A DNA stretch of 64,000 nucleotides, taken from NCBI RefSeq assembly GCF_006345805.1, contig NC_043001.1:57226001-57290000 (forward strand), read 5' to 3'. The notes under the pieces were generated by a model. The model saw only the letters and a program-made list of their open reading frames with translations. It did no database searches and was not told the DNA's origin. Source of the DNA: Octopus sinensis (Eukaryota). Positions 25,231 to 38,010 of this stretch are shown here, piece after piece. A program made the translations under genes and the position numbers. Positions within the stretch are counted from its first letter, which is position 1; each line of letters begins with the position of its first letter.

Positions 25231-26329
25231 AATGAAAGAATGATTTCCATACGGCTGCCTTTATTTCAATGTCCTGAAGTGATATTAGCTTATCTCGGGT
25301 TTTACAGTATCAGTTTTTCAAGCGTACTTTATAATTCGGTGAAGTTATGATATATATAACGACAAACCTGTAATACTTCAGTCTTTATCTGGGAACACAC
25401 AAATGCTGTCAATGGATATTTGAACACAAACAGTGACTTTAAACACCCTTCGCTAGTAAAGATTTAATGATAAGTTTGTCTTGAGAAGAGAGCTCTGACA
25501 CTCTCCTTGTAATTATTGCCTATTTCTTGAATTTTATTCGACAAATTTTAGTTGATTCTAGCATATTGTACCTAATATTTCCTTACTTATTTTCAGCGTT
25601 TGTTTTTTCCTTGTTGATGACAGTTTTTTTTTTCATCATCTTCCATACAAGTATCAGAATTCTACCTAACTGTACATATATTAACATCCACCAATTCATA
25701 ATTATATTGTGACATAATGTCATACTACTGAAGAAGAAAGAGTGAAATAAGTAATTGTGAACATAACTATCTAATATTGAATATTTCAATGATATTCAAG
25801 GGTGATAGTAATATGCATCGAGGATTATAATGTAAATCTGAAGACACATTAAAATATCTTAATAATAAAATAACACTTCTAACAAGGAATACTATACGCC
25901 ATCACTTATGTTTACAGCTAGAACGCCTTCGATTTTATGCCTGCTTAATAATGGCTGATTTGAACTAAACGGCGACATAACAATAATAACTACAACAACA
26001 AACGCAGCAATAGAAAGCTTGGTCGCTGAAAGGAATATGTTCTCAACCAGTGTCTAACATGTCAGAATAGCTAACGATAGTAATATAAAGTGCCATTAAA
26101 ATATTTTCATTCTAACGGGGAAAGATTTCAAAGTTTCATCGGTCCAAGACAATAATTCCAAACTAAACCTGGAAATCATTACTGAAGAGTTGTCTAATTT
26201 TCTTTAATATTTAAAGGCGTAAAAACCACGCTCGAAGCACAACCATATGCACACATGAATGTCATTATAAACATTTTCCCACTGTATCGATCACTTTTAT
26301 CTTTAAACATTAGTTCTCATTCCTAATGT

Positions 26330-27560
26330 ATATACATGGAGTACTTTGAGAATTTGGCTTTAGGATCAACAACCGAAAGCCAACCCTTTGGCTTTGATAT
26401 GTTGATGACGCCATCATACTTTGTCCCCCACATGAGGATATCTAATACTACTAGATTATGTGAACTCAATAAAGCTATTCCTATAGTTCACGATAGAAAA
26501 GGAAAAGGACAATCAGCTAGTATTCCTGGACGTATTAATTACACGCTCTGAGTATGGAGTCAGGACATCCGTATACAGCAAGCCAAGCTTCATTGGACAA
26601 TACCTCAGCTTCAATTCCCATCATCCATCCATACAGTATAAAGAGAGGGATTGCTCAGTGCCTAAGGCTTCGAGCAAAGATTATAATTAGCGATCCTGGT
26701 ACACACCAAGAAGAAATGATCAGGCTAAGAATCAATGTGCTATGTAATAGCTACCCAAATAACATACTATCCACTCAAATTAGAAAGAGGAGAGATGATG
26801 AAGCCCGTAAACTGATCACTGTTTGTCTACCCTATGTTAAAGGCAGCTCGGGAAAATACAAAAGATAGCGGTCCATATGACATAAGGACAGTATTCAGAA
26901 GTAATACGATATTTCGCAAATTTCTTCTCAGAGTAAGACCACCCATAGAAGAGAGTATGACGAAAAACTGATTGTACACTATCCCATGCAGTTGTGGTAG
27001 AGTATACGAAGGCGAAACATGTCGCCCCATTAAAGTAAGTGTAGAGGACAATCGTAAAGCTGTGACACGAGGGGATATTGAAAAATCGGGTAAAGTTGAT
27101 CAATTATGGAAAAACGGAGACCAAATGAAGTTAAAATAATCGACAGAGTACACCACTGGAAAATACGAATATTAAAAGAGGTTGCATATGCTTGGACACA
27201 ATAACCTCTTAAGGAGATCTAGCACAGATATGAATGTAATATGGGAACCAGTATGGCGAAAAGATAAAATACTAAGTATATATGCCCTAAAATACATTCT
27301 ATAAGTACCTACGGGCATATAACGTAGTGGATAAGAACGCAAGCTACTAAACATCAGATTCTAAATTCATTCCCATGCAGGGACTTGAAAAATAATATCA
27401 ACAGAAAAATAACATCAGCAACATATATTAGGAATGAGAACAGCGTACGCCTTCAGTCAACTAAAGAGTTGGGTTCGAAATTCTACCAGAACACCTGATG
27501 AAGGCTGGAGAGTACATCAGCTGAAATGTTGTGATATCAACAAACAACACGAGGACACCT
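26330..27560 (+). mobile_element. Penelope-like element (Penelope/Poseidon type), 5'-truncated: RT C-half, GIY-YIG, hammerhead tail
   Basis: MEYFE..ALG, YVDD (26398-26409), HPYSIKRGIAQCL.RA, VCLPYVKG, VYTIPCSCGRVYEGETCRP; 3' CACCTGATGAAGGCTGG..CAGCTGAAATGTTGTG. Confidence 0.9.
27490..27535 (+). ncRNA. Hammerhead motif in the PLE 3' end (CpG-decayed)
   Basis: AACAC-CTGATGA-AGGCTG..CAGCT-GAAA-TGTT-GTGAT; differs from the 22052 motif mainly by C>T transitions. Confidence 0.6.
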
Positions 27561-27564
27561 ATCC

Positions 27565-27614
<50 letters not shown>

Positions 27615-29034
27615 TTTTAAAGTATAGAAAAAATAAAATTCTACTAAATAATCGTATAGAGTTGGGGGTCTTGTATTCATTCAAAAATCAAATCTTTAAA
27701 ATATTTTAAATAGAGATTTGAAGGTTCTCCTATTGCTGTTCTTTCTAAATGTATCTTTTTAGTATAATAATAAATAGTAAATGTACTATGCTAACTATTA
27801 ATTGACTTTATAGTCAACTAAATTAACCTTACTTAAATCCTAATTCTATTCTAAATTTAACATATAATACTATTCCCTTAGTTACACATTTGATTTTCAC
27901 TATAAATTTGAATAGATACAGTTCCCCTACTATTTGCTATTGATTTTAATTGACCTCTAGATGTTGACCTAAATTCTTTCTTACCATATATAAAAATAAA
28001 AGTTAAAATATAAACAAAAATAAATAAATAGCCTTCTATTCTAGTGTTAACCTTAATTTTCTTACTGTATCTTTCTCTACCGATAACCTATGACCCTATT
28101 AGAGATTTCCTTAGATCTTCCTTTATTTTAACTCCCACTATAAATTCTGATGGTTTTCAGTTGAAAGCAGGATGTGGTCAACCTTACAGTTTCTTAAGAA
28201 TTTAAGATTCCTTCCACACTGACCTAAATTTTCTATCACCATTGAAATAGACTGACCTTTCTTGTTAGTATCAATCTGTCTTTATTTATTTTACACCCCA
28301 CTCCCCCAATTTTCTTTCTCCTGCTGTTTTTTCTCCAGCTAATCAGCTTCCTTGACCTACCCTACTATCATTCCTACTACTATAGACATTTTCTTGCAAC
28401 AGTTAGATGCGAACTCAATCGTGGTCTGACAGGCATCTTTCTTCATGTTTCCTGAAATTTATATTCACAACTTTATGAGTATATTTACCTTCTCTGGGAT
28501 GTCACTAATTAATTTGAGAACTTTACATTGTTGGAAAGCATATATGGTTTGCTTGGCATCTTGCTTCAAATTCCTGGAACTCACATCTGCAACTTTATCG
28601 GTATATTTACACTCTCTGAGATGTTACTAATTGATTTGAGAACTTTACATTATTGGTAAACCTATATGAAATTAGCTGAAGATTACTTGACATATTATAT
28701 TTGCTGTAATATTTGCAGCTTTAATAAATTGTTATAGTATGAAACAATTGTACTAAATTACCGGATCCATTCTTGTTGCTTATTCTTTGGTTATAATCAC
28801 CCCACATAATTCTATGGGCAATTCCATAAAAAATTCTGGTGCATCTAAGTTAAGTACAATATTCATTTGAATCTAAATTGTTTTGCTGAAATTATATATG
28901 TATATGTATGTATAAGCAGGTATGTAAAATTTCATCGAAGAATCGATAGACTTGTGCAACGAATCCCCTAATAGTTGCTTTGTGCGGCATTCTGCCTCCA
29001 TATTTCCATTTGCTTTTCATAAACACACTTTTTT

Positions 29035-29440
29035 CCATCCATCCGTTCATCCGTCCGTCCATCCATCCATCAATCCAACCAACTATCCATCCATCCATCC
29101 ATCCATCCATCCATCCATTCATTCATTCATACACATACTTGCATATATACATTCATTCATACATACATGTATGCATACATACATACATGCATACATACAT
29201 TCGTACATTCAAACATACCTTTGTGGATTACAACTCATTCTTTATTGGTGAGAAATTCGAAGAATAAAGCATACTTTATACTTTCATACATATATAAATG
29301 CATAAATGGAAACATACATACATACATGCATAAATGCATACATACATACATACATACATACATACATACATACATACACACATACATACATACATACATA
29401 CATACATACATACACATACATACATACATACATACATATA
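29035..29440. repeat. (CCAT)n/(CATT)n/(CATA)n tetranucleotide microsatellites
   Basis: Directly visible. Confidence 0.93.
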
Positions 29441-30059
29441 AGCATTCTTCTGAATACAGACGCAGCTGATTAGCGAAACCGTAGCAATACGATTTTATTT
29501 TTTAAAAACTGAGAGCAGATGGGAGGAAAGAAATCGGTCGCTTGATAAACTTTTGGGACCATGCGAATTATTTGATGCTTGGTTACTGCAAATCTAAGTT
29601 TGTGTGTTCTGTAAAGTAGTGGGCGAGTCAAATCAGGTTAAGAATGTTCGTCGTGCCAAACGCCTAGATTGAAATAACTATAAAAACAAATACAGGATAA
29701 AGATACGGTCCATAGTAGCCTGAATATTTGCTTATTCTCACACCATACGGGGTTTCTTTTTAACTGATTATTCGCTCCAGTCTCCACAGGGTTTCGGCTT
29801 CCATATCTTTCTTACTTTATACAATATACAGCCTATTTATTAACAATGTAATGGGCTGATAACCCATGTAACCCAGAGAGACACGTCTGACTCATTACTT
29901 TTTCCTGAACACCACAAGAAAAACCAAAGAAAGAAACAACAAACAAGAGAAGTGAAGGAAAAAAAATAGACGTGAGATAAACAATATTTATGAAAGCGAC
30001 ATACTGGAAAAACAAAATAGAGAAACACCACCATTCGTGCTTTTCTCTCGCTATCAGTA

Positions 30060-30610
30060 GAATAATACTGATGATGATGATGATGATGATGATGATGTTG
30101 ACATCATCATCATCGTATTCGTCTAAAGGAAAAGAATCAATATAATCATTAATCATCAAAACCACGACGACCACCCTTTTTTACTACCATCCCCACCAAC
30201 AGCAGCAACATTGTCACTATCGGCAGCAACACCAACACAACTACCACCACTGCTACCGTCACTAACACCAACATCAAATCCGACACCAACACCACCATAA
30301 CCACCTACCACCACCACCACCACTACCACCACCACCACAACCACCGCAGCCGCCGCCACCACCGCCGCAGCAGCCGCCACCACCACCGCAGCCGCCGCCG
30401 CCACCACCACCGCAGCCGCCGCCGTCACCACCACCACCTCTACCGCACCCTCCACCACCACCATCGCAGCCGCCACCACCACATCCGCTACCAGCCTCAC
30501 TATCACCGCCACCTTCAACACAACCACCAGCAACAGCACCACCGGCACCACCAGCACCACCGCCACCACCACCACCAACAACAACTACAACGACAACAAC
30601 AACACCAGCA
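30060..30610. repeat. Degenerate (GAT)/(CAC)/(CGC)/(CAA) trinucleotide low-complexity tract
   Basis: Directly visible. Confidence 0.9.
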
Positions 30611-31021
30611 TCGTTATCTTGATTTTAACGGTATTTTTCCTATGCTGCCACACTTGGGGAAAATTTACGGTCTAATATCCCTAGCACACTTCTTCTCCAC
30701 TCCCCATGTCATTCCCTACAGTACAGGAGTAGGACTTTCTGAAAATTGAATTCTAGCATTTTGTACAGGACTTCTATTGATTGCTTTCAAGTTATCTGTC
30801 AACAGTGGTCAATAAACTAACTTAGTTCCAATATACATAATTCTCTTTCCTTCTATAGAACATTTATCTACTTCCAAACTCAAATCCAATACCTAGATCA
30901 CAGAAAAGGTCTCCATGTGAACGTTCAGCTTGCTAGAAACACCAGCCTGATATTCCTCTCAAATTGTACTTTACCTTCTCTTCAAATATCATTTCTATAT
31001 TATTTTGACAAAAATCATTTC

Positions 31022-32452
31022 TGATATGACGTACGACTATTCGTAAATCTGAACTGTTATAATATCAAGCCTTACCTGATATTCTGTTATTACTCTCCAG
31101 CTGTGTATCCTTAATAAACACTCCATAATATCTATTCAATAATTCCTACGACCTGTACACTATGACTGCACATGTGATACCATTCTCAAACTGGTTTTCG
31201 CTAGCTCAATTATACTAACTATTATAGTTCACTTAGCCAATCCTGGGGATGTAGAGATTCCCCATACATCAGTTACCTCCTTTGAGTTTGGCTTTCCTTT
31301 CATTTATTCATTTATTTATCTTTTTATTACTTCTTTCGGGAGAAATAGACATATTATTTTTCATTTATAATCAATCTCTAGCATCTCCGTCCGCTTTCTC
31401 TTTCTAGTTGACTTGCGCACCGGTTCAACCCTTTCCTCTGGCACCAGAATATCAAATATGTTATTCTGTGTATCACTTTTTTATTTGTTTTATATGTCTC
31501 TTATGTTTCTTCACTGCAAAAATTCTATTTTGAAATTGTAATTTAATAAGAGAGTCCCCCAGCGTTATAGTCGATTGGCTGTGTGTGTTGAGACACATTT
31601 TATTGATCTATATATTGTTAATAGTGGATGGTGATCTGTCTGAAAGTTAAACATTCTGCCGTGCAAGAATTTATGAAATTTCTTCACTGCAAAGATAATG
31701 GCTAGTGCCTCTTCCTCTATCTGGCTGTAATTTTTTCCGCCGATAGTAATACACGTGATGCATGCGCGATCGGTTTTACTTTATCATTTTCCAACTTCTC
31801 TTCCAATCTCTTCTTTTAGTTGTTTCTCCAAAGCAAATTTCTGGCAGCTTTTTTGGTAGAATAAATTTGCAGTATTTATGGTGATCTGACGGAGCTAGTT
31901 TACGCAAAAGAAGTCTTACCTTCTTTTCGTTTGTCCAGATTTTGCACACCCCTTTCAATATTTCTTCACACGTATAGTATGAAGAAAACATAATCCCATC
32001 TTCGGGATTATACAGGAATTGTTCAATGGAGTTGGCTACTCCATCCGGCGAATACGACGCCGCTGCGTTCTTGGATTGTAGCAATAACTCTCTCAACTGC
32101 TGGTTTAGCTGTAGTTGTTGTTGTTGCTGCTGTTCACGGTATTCTTGATGCTGTTGTAACAGCTGCTACTGCAACCGTTGTTGCTTCAGAACGAAAGCTA
32201 GTAGTTCTTCCATTTTGACACTCCTACGAGAGTTGGTAATCTCGTTACCACTGCCATAAGAATACCGTTATACAGTTGGATGTAGGCTCGTCGACACTGT
32301 TATGACGTACGACTTCTCGTCGTCACTGTTATATCTGACCGCTTCCTGATGTTCTCTTATTACTCTCCAACTGTATGTATTCGACAAGCACTCCACAATA
32401 TCGCTATTCAATAATTCCTACGACCTGTACACTATGACTGCGCATATAACAC
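31022..32452 (-). mobile_element. Internally deleted Ty3/gypsy LTR retrotransposon
   Basis: 3' LTR 31022-31271 (TG...CA, preceded by purine tract CAAAGGAGGT); truncated 5' LTR 32298-32452; PBS-like GTGTCGACGAG. Gag (MEELL...FLYNPEDG..KVRLLLRKL..ILPK) is joined to RNase H (PIAHASR...NYSQIEEEALAIIFAVKKFH..TDH.PL). Confidence 0.88.
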
Positions 32453-32457
32453 TCTAA

Positions 32458-33640
32458 TTTCTTTATTTGGCCACTAAGGGCCCAACGAAGAGGGGACAAT
32501 ACGAAGACAGACAATACATTTAAAAGTGCATTTTCTTTTTTATTTTTATAAAATTATAGTTCAATATATTCGTTTAAAAATTTTGACTATTACAAGTAAT
32601 GATGTTTAACAATTTAATTTACCTGGGCTGATAGGCCCACCACCGTTGACCAACGTTTCCTTTTGTTCTGATTAGGGCGGCTGAGCCCCGCCAGTTATAT
32701 CTATGCCTAACTTTCTCACTACGTTCATCCATCTTTTCCGAAACATACTATGTAATAGGTATCTCCTTTCCAGTCGGATCTTACTTTTTAGGTGATAGTT
32801 ACTTACCTATACCCCAGTCAGAAATAAAGGTATCTGTCGCAATTCCTATTTCACGCGTTTCCACACCGTATCTTTCAATATGGCTAAGATACGGAAAATA
32901 CTGTCCTTCCCATTCCTGTTAAGGGAAGTGGGATTAACGATCTTGATATTTGATTCAGCAGACAGTTTTATTCGTTTTTTCGTTGACAACAATTTTTCGA
33001 CATAGGGTACCAATCCCTTTAACTCCGCACACACCACGAAGGCGTGCAGAACAGTTTCACTATCTAGCCCGCACCCCCGGCATGTCGGCGGGATGGCACT
33101 GCCGTGTCTCGACGTCCCTCCGAACATGTTGACCAACTCATTTCTATCGAAGCCCAGATTCTCCCCCAGGATATCGTCGGACATGTATTCCACCTACACA
33201 TTATAAAAGTCCGCAGTTGGACTTTATTTGCTTGCATTGCCCGCCCGAGAGAGAAGCCCGATTGCCAATCACCCTGCCTAGGTCTTCGCCTGACCCATGA
33301 ATCAAAATCCAGAAGGGAGGTTAACTGTGGAAGGAAGAATTTCACCATCCAGGTGATACTAGAGATGCCTAAACCTCAGCGCAAATTTTCGCACCTTCAG
33401 CCACGGCGTCTCTAGTCCATCCTTTAGCGGTTTTTGGCTGCAGATAGAGCGCCTTACATGTGGCTCCTTTCCACAAAAAGCGAAAGAGGAGTTTCTACAA
33501 CTTTTCTAGCCACGAATCAGGACAAGGCACGATGGTCAGACGGTAGGTGATAACGGATGCAATACACACCCATGTCACCGCCGCCCTCCCTAGCAACGAT
33601 AACGCCCTTCCATACCACACATCCTACTAAGGTGCGTTTC
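32458..33640 (-). mobile_element. Tx1/L1-clade LINE 3' fragment with 3'UTR and tail
   Basis: IASVITYRLTIVPCPDSWLEKL..LFRFLWKG, then TCRGCGLDSETVLHAFVVC; tail ...GGCCAAATAAAGAAA inserted in the gypsy LTR. Confidence 0.85.
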
Positions 33641-33644
33641 GTTA

Positions 33645-35770
33645 CTCTAATATAGTTGGACCTTGTTACAATTTTTGTAAGAGATTGTTCCAGGGCGCTG
33701 CGTTTCAATGCCTCAGTACATCTTTTCAGATCACTTTTTCTTAGCCACCTCCAAGTGTTGATCCTGTCTTTTCCTCCGATTACTCTGAGGTATTGCCCAT
33801 GCAATTGCTTTTTTTTTCCAGTTGTTTAATCTTTCTTTTTCATCATATTTCTTAAATGTTTTTGGGTGCGTCTCATTTTTGGTGAGTATTGTATTCAAAC
33901 AGCGGCGAGCAAGAATTCACTCTGCTCTTTGATGCACCATCCCAGACTGTTCTTCTTGTTAACAACACATATCTTGCATCCTATGGGCCCTGTTCCCCCC
34001 TATTTCTAGGAAATAGAGTTCGTCAGTATCGTTTTTGGGGTGTAGTTCTTTGCTGTCATCACTTTTCTAGCTTTCCTCAAGTCCTTTCTTTGTCCACCTA
34101 ACAACACCTGCGCCGTATCGCATTAAAAAAACAGCCTATGTGTTCATTGGCCTGGAATTTTTTTCCATTGAGTCTATTTCCCATAATTAACCTGATTCTT
34201 CTGAGTTATTCTCGCCTAAAATTTTCCTTCATTTCACTTTCCTCGATTTTGTGGTATTCTGAAATCCCCAGCTACTTATATCCATTAGTCTCCATAACCT
34301 TGATCTTCTGGCAGTTAGGTAGCTCTGCACCATCAGATGACACTACATTGCCTGTTTGTATTATAAGCATACCACACTTTTTAGTCCGGAATTCCATTTC
34401 GATACTCTCACAGAGTATCTGCAATGCCATTTATTTCACATTCTGTCTTTCCAAAGATCTTTAAATTATCTGTATATAACAGATGATTTAATGTTCCTCC
34501 ACTTTTCAATGTGTACCCCGTTGTCACATTCTGTAGTATCTGTGTGAGGGGTATTATTCAAATTACAAACAGCAAAGGTGATAGGCTATCTCCTTGTAAT
34601 ATGCCTCTCTTGATGTTAATTCCGCCAACATTTTCCACACGGTTAACTGTTTATTTTAGTTTTTCATTGATCTCCTAATAAAATTTCATGTTATCAGACA
34701 CCTGGACCAGCTCAAGTCGTTCTAAAATTCAAGAATGGGGGACTCTATCATACACATTCTCATAATCGATCCACGTCAAGCCCAGATTAGTAAGTCCCTT
34801 CTTGCAGTTGTTCAGTGCCATTCTGTCTATGAGATGTTGATCTTTTGTCCCTCGGCTTTTCCTTGTGCACCGTTTCTGATCCACTGGAAGTTTGCTATTC
34901 ATTACGAGGAAGTTATACACACAATTAGATATTATTCCTGTCATCAGGAGCTGACAGGTGATAGGCATGCAGTTATCCACTGCGTTGCCTTTGCTAGGAT
35001 CCTTTTGGCAAATAATTATTTTACCTGTGGTCTACTACTTTAGTGATTTGTACACCGTTGTTGATCATTTTATCCATTTGCATGGCTTTTCTTCTATGTA
35101 ATGCTGACAAATTCTTCAGCCAATATCCTTGTATCCCAGCCGGTCCTGGGTATTTCTAGTTTGGAATCGTTATTGTCTGTTCGGTTACCATTTCAGTTGT
35201 TATTGTAATATTGCTGTTTCACTTAATATTCTTCTGACCATAATTCTTTCAAACATTTAACCTGTTTGTTATGTGTTTTTCTATTATACAAGTGTCACTC
35301 CAAAACCTTTTACATTCTTCAGCGTCTGGTTTGTCACTGCTGTTGACCTCTACATTCAGCTGTTAGTAACTTCTTTTCTGGTCTTGTTGAAACAATCTGT
35401 TGATTTTATATTGTTCTATTCTTTGACCATATCTCTTGAACATAGTCACTCTAGCTTGCAACCTTTGTGGAAGCTTTTCAAGAACTATATTTAATCCCTT
35501 TTCTTTATCCTACATCTATGTTCTAGTTACTGATATTTCTCCTCCCATTTGATTTCACTTTTTGTCTTTCTTTCCAAGATGTTGATATGTTTTCGTAGTT
35601 CGTTTTTTGATTGTTATATTCTTCTTTTCCACCAACATTTTTTGCCTTTCATTCTAATATTTACGGTTTTCTATATAGATTATGCAGGCTTTAATAAAGC
35701 TATTCGTTCCGGTTATATTACCTGTCTTGATGGCTCTTAGTATTTTATTCACCTTAAGGCTCCACCCCCT
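33645..35770 (-). mobile_element. Decayed Dong/R4-clade element (family 4), RT region
   Basis: PGPAGIQGYWLK, PITC, DQK..RKSRGTKDQHLID, WIDYENVYDRVPHS, GILQGDSLSPLLF, MHGQY..WRWLRKSDLK. Confidence 0.85.
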
Positions 35771-36829
35771 GACAAATCACTACCTACTTTCCTAATGGTT
35801 TCAAGTTTTGATTCAGAACTAACAGTTTTACTGGGGAATGGGGAATCGATTACATCAATCCCCGTATTGAAATTTATTTTATCGATCCGTAAAGATTGGC
35901 AAGTGAAACTGATCTCGATGGTATTTGAAATTAAAGCAGAAAGAGTCGGAAGAGGTGCTACTCTGCATTTTGGTTCATATATTGATAGAAGTCATCAAAT
36001 GGTAGTCAGTCGATTATATCGATTCCAGCGCTTGACTGAGACATTTTTTAATCAAACCCGAAAGTTTAAAAGGCAAAAACTAACTTCAAAGAGGTAGAAG
36101 CGTATCGTGTAACGAGCCTTCCAAATGCCACTAAGCATTTTGTCCAAGAGTTAGATTCAGCCTGCTCCTTACTTTTATAATATCAGCTCATTAAGAATGA
36201 AATGTCTTATTTTAAAATAGAAGTTTATTCTACGTTATCTCCACAAAAAAACAATGCAGTTAATGAAAGTATGCACCTAAATAATCAACATAATGTTACC
36301 ATTTTAACGGTAGCTTATTTATGCCAACAACGAAGAATTCTGGAGAGCAAGAGATGATGAAATCACGAAAGGCCGTCTGTTGCATCTTCTTCAAATATGA
36401 AAATTTATCCTTCAAATAGTTGTTTAATGCCTGGAATACGTGATAGTCAGTTGGTTGAAGGTAAATATGGTGGATGACAGAGAGTACTTCCAGGTCCAGT
36501 TCCTGTAACTTGATTAGCGTTCTTTGTGCAACATTTAGTCGAGCATGACTTACCAGGTCTCATGAAGCTGTAGTGGATGACACCGATGCTGGACTACCAA
36601 ACAGACACCATTAACATTTGGGGGAATATTCTTTTTGGATTGTGTTTTGGCATTTAATCTTTATTCAACCACCGTGCTGAACACTTTCTATTGTTGAAGA
36701 GAATCCATTTTTATCACACCTAACAATACGGTGCGAATATGGTTCGCTTTTATACCATAACAGCAAAGAACAGCATGTTTCAAGACAACGAGTCATTTGA
36801 TGCACGTTCAGTACGTGTAGTACTCACAT

Positions 36830-37290
36830 GTCAAGTTTCTTAACCTGCCGATTTGTTTCAGACGGTTCAATACAGTTGCAATCGAATCATCAAACCTTGC
36901 TTCACTACAGTTGCCAGCTCATCATTATCACCTTGGTCTACCACAGGGCTAGTTTTCAATATCAAACCCACCAGACGAGAACTTCTCAAGCCATCGATGT
37001 ACAGTGCGTTCATTCGCCGCATGTTCTCCAAACACTTCATAGATGGTTCGAGCTGTCTGGCGTGCATTGGCTCCACGACGGAACACATATTCATAAAAAC
37101 ACAAATATTTAATCTATCCATGGGTTCACCAAAACTGATTTACAAGAGGAAAATTACAATGTAATCAGACACCATGAATTGCATTTCGAGAAGTGATGTA
37201 ACTCTTCAATGTTGTAAAACAAAGAATTATCAGGATAGAACATCAGAGTTAACGATAAACTTGGTGCATAAGAAAATAGTTAATTTCATT
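36830..37290 (-). mobile_element. mariner transposase 5' fragment
   Basis: YEYVFRRGANARQTARTIYEVFGEHAANERTVHRWLEKFSSGGFDIEN...DNDELATVV (HTH region). Confidence 0.75.
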
Positions 37291-37349
37291 CTAATGATAT
37301 GATGATGATGATGATGCTGGTTATAATAATGATAATACTAATAATAATG

Positions 37350-37413
<64 letters not shown>

Positions 37414-37416
37414 TAA

Positions 37417-37447
<31 letters not shown>

Positions 37448-38010
37448 TCACTGGACATGGCACGAAGTAGTTACTGAGAATATAGTTACTGAATATAAAA
37501 TACTCTGAGAGTTTACAAGCAAATATAATTCTTTAATCGATACTCGGTGATCAGACATTGTTGTGACAGATAAAGGAAAAGTGAAAACCAAGATTATAGA
37601 TATTGTAATACCTGAGGATGCACGCATAAGTGACAAAGAACTATAAAATATGGAAAAGTACAGAATACTAAAAGGCGAAATTGCAAGAATGGGGACTACT
37701 GTCATTCCAGTAGTTGTAGGAACACTCGGGGCACTAACAACCAAGATTGAGAAATATGTCAGAGAAGTCGGAATCGACACGAGAGCAGAGCAAGCCCAAA
37801 AGCCTGCTCTGCTGGGAACAACTAGGATCTTGAAATTGGTACTTGTATGTTGAATGTCTTAAACGATAATTAACAACCAAGTATCAAAGCTTATAACTTG
37901 CGGAAAGAGACCTTGTGAGACCTCTGACAACCAGCTGCTGTCAGCTCTCACAGAATCAACCAGAACTAACAAGACTGAGCGCTCTGAGAAGTAAAACAAT
38001 AATAATAATT
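37448..38010 (+). mobile_element. Dong/R4 3' fragment (probably family 4) between (AAT)n tracts
   Basis: DIVV..KIIDIVIP..EKY..LK.EI..VIPVVVGTLG; 3'UTR hairpin and AATAAT tail; preceded by (AAT)n at 37298-37447. Confidence 0.85.

Noticed and set aside
30156-30600. Mucin-like or Ala/Val-rich ORF in a GC-rich tract
   Set aside because: Degenerate CAC/CGC/CAA microsatellite with no flanking exon signals.
35795-36097. 100-aa ORF
   Set aside because: Overlaps a SINE remnant (GCTGGAATCGATATAATCGAC on the minus strand); no protein motif recognised.
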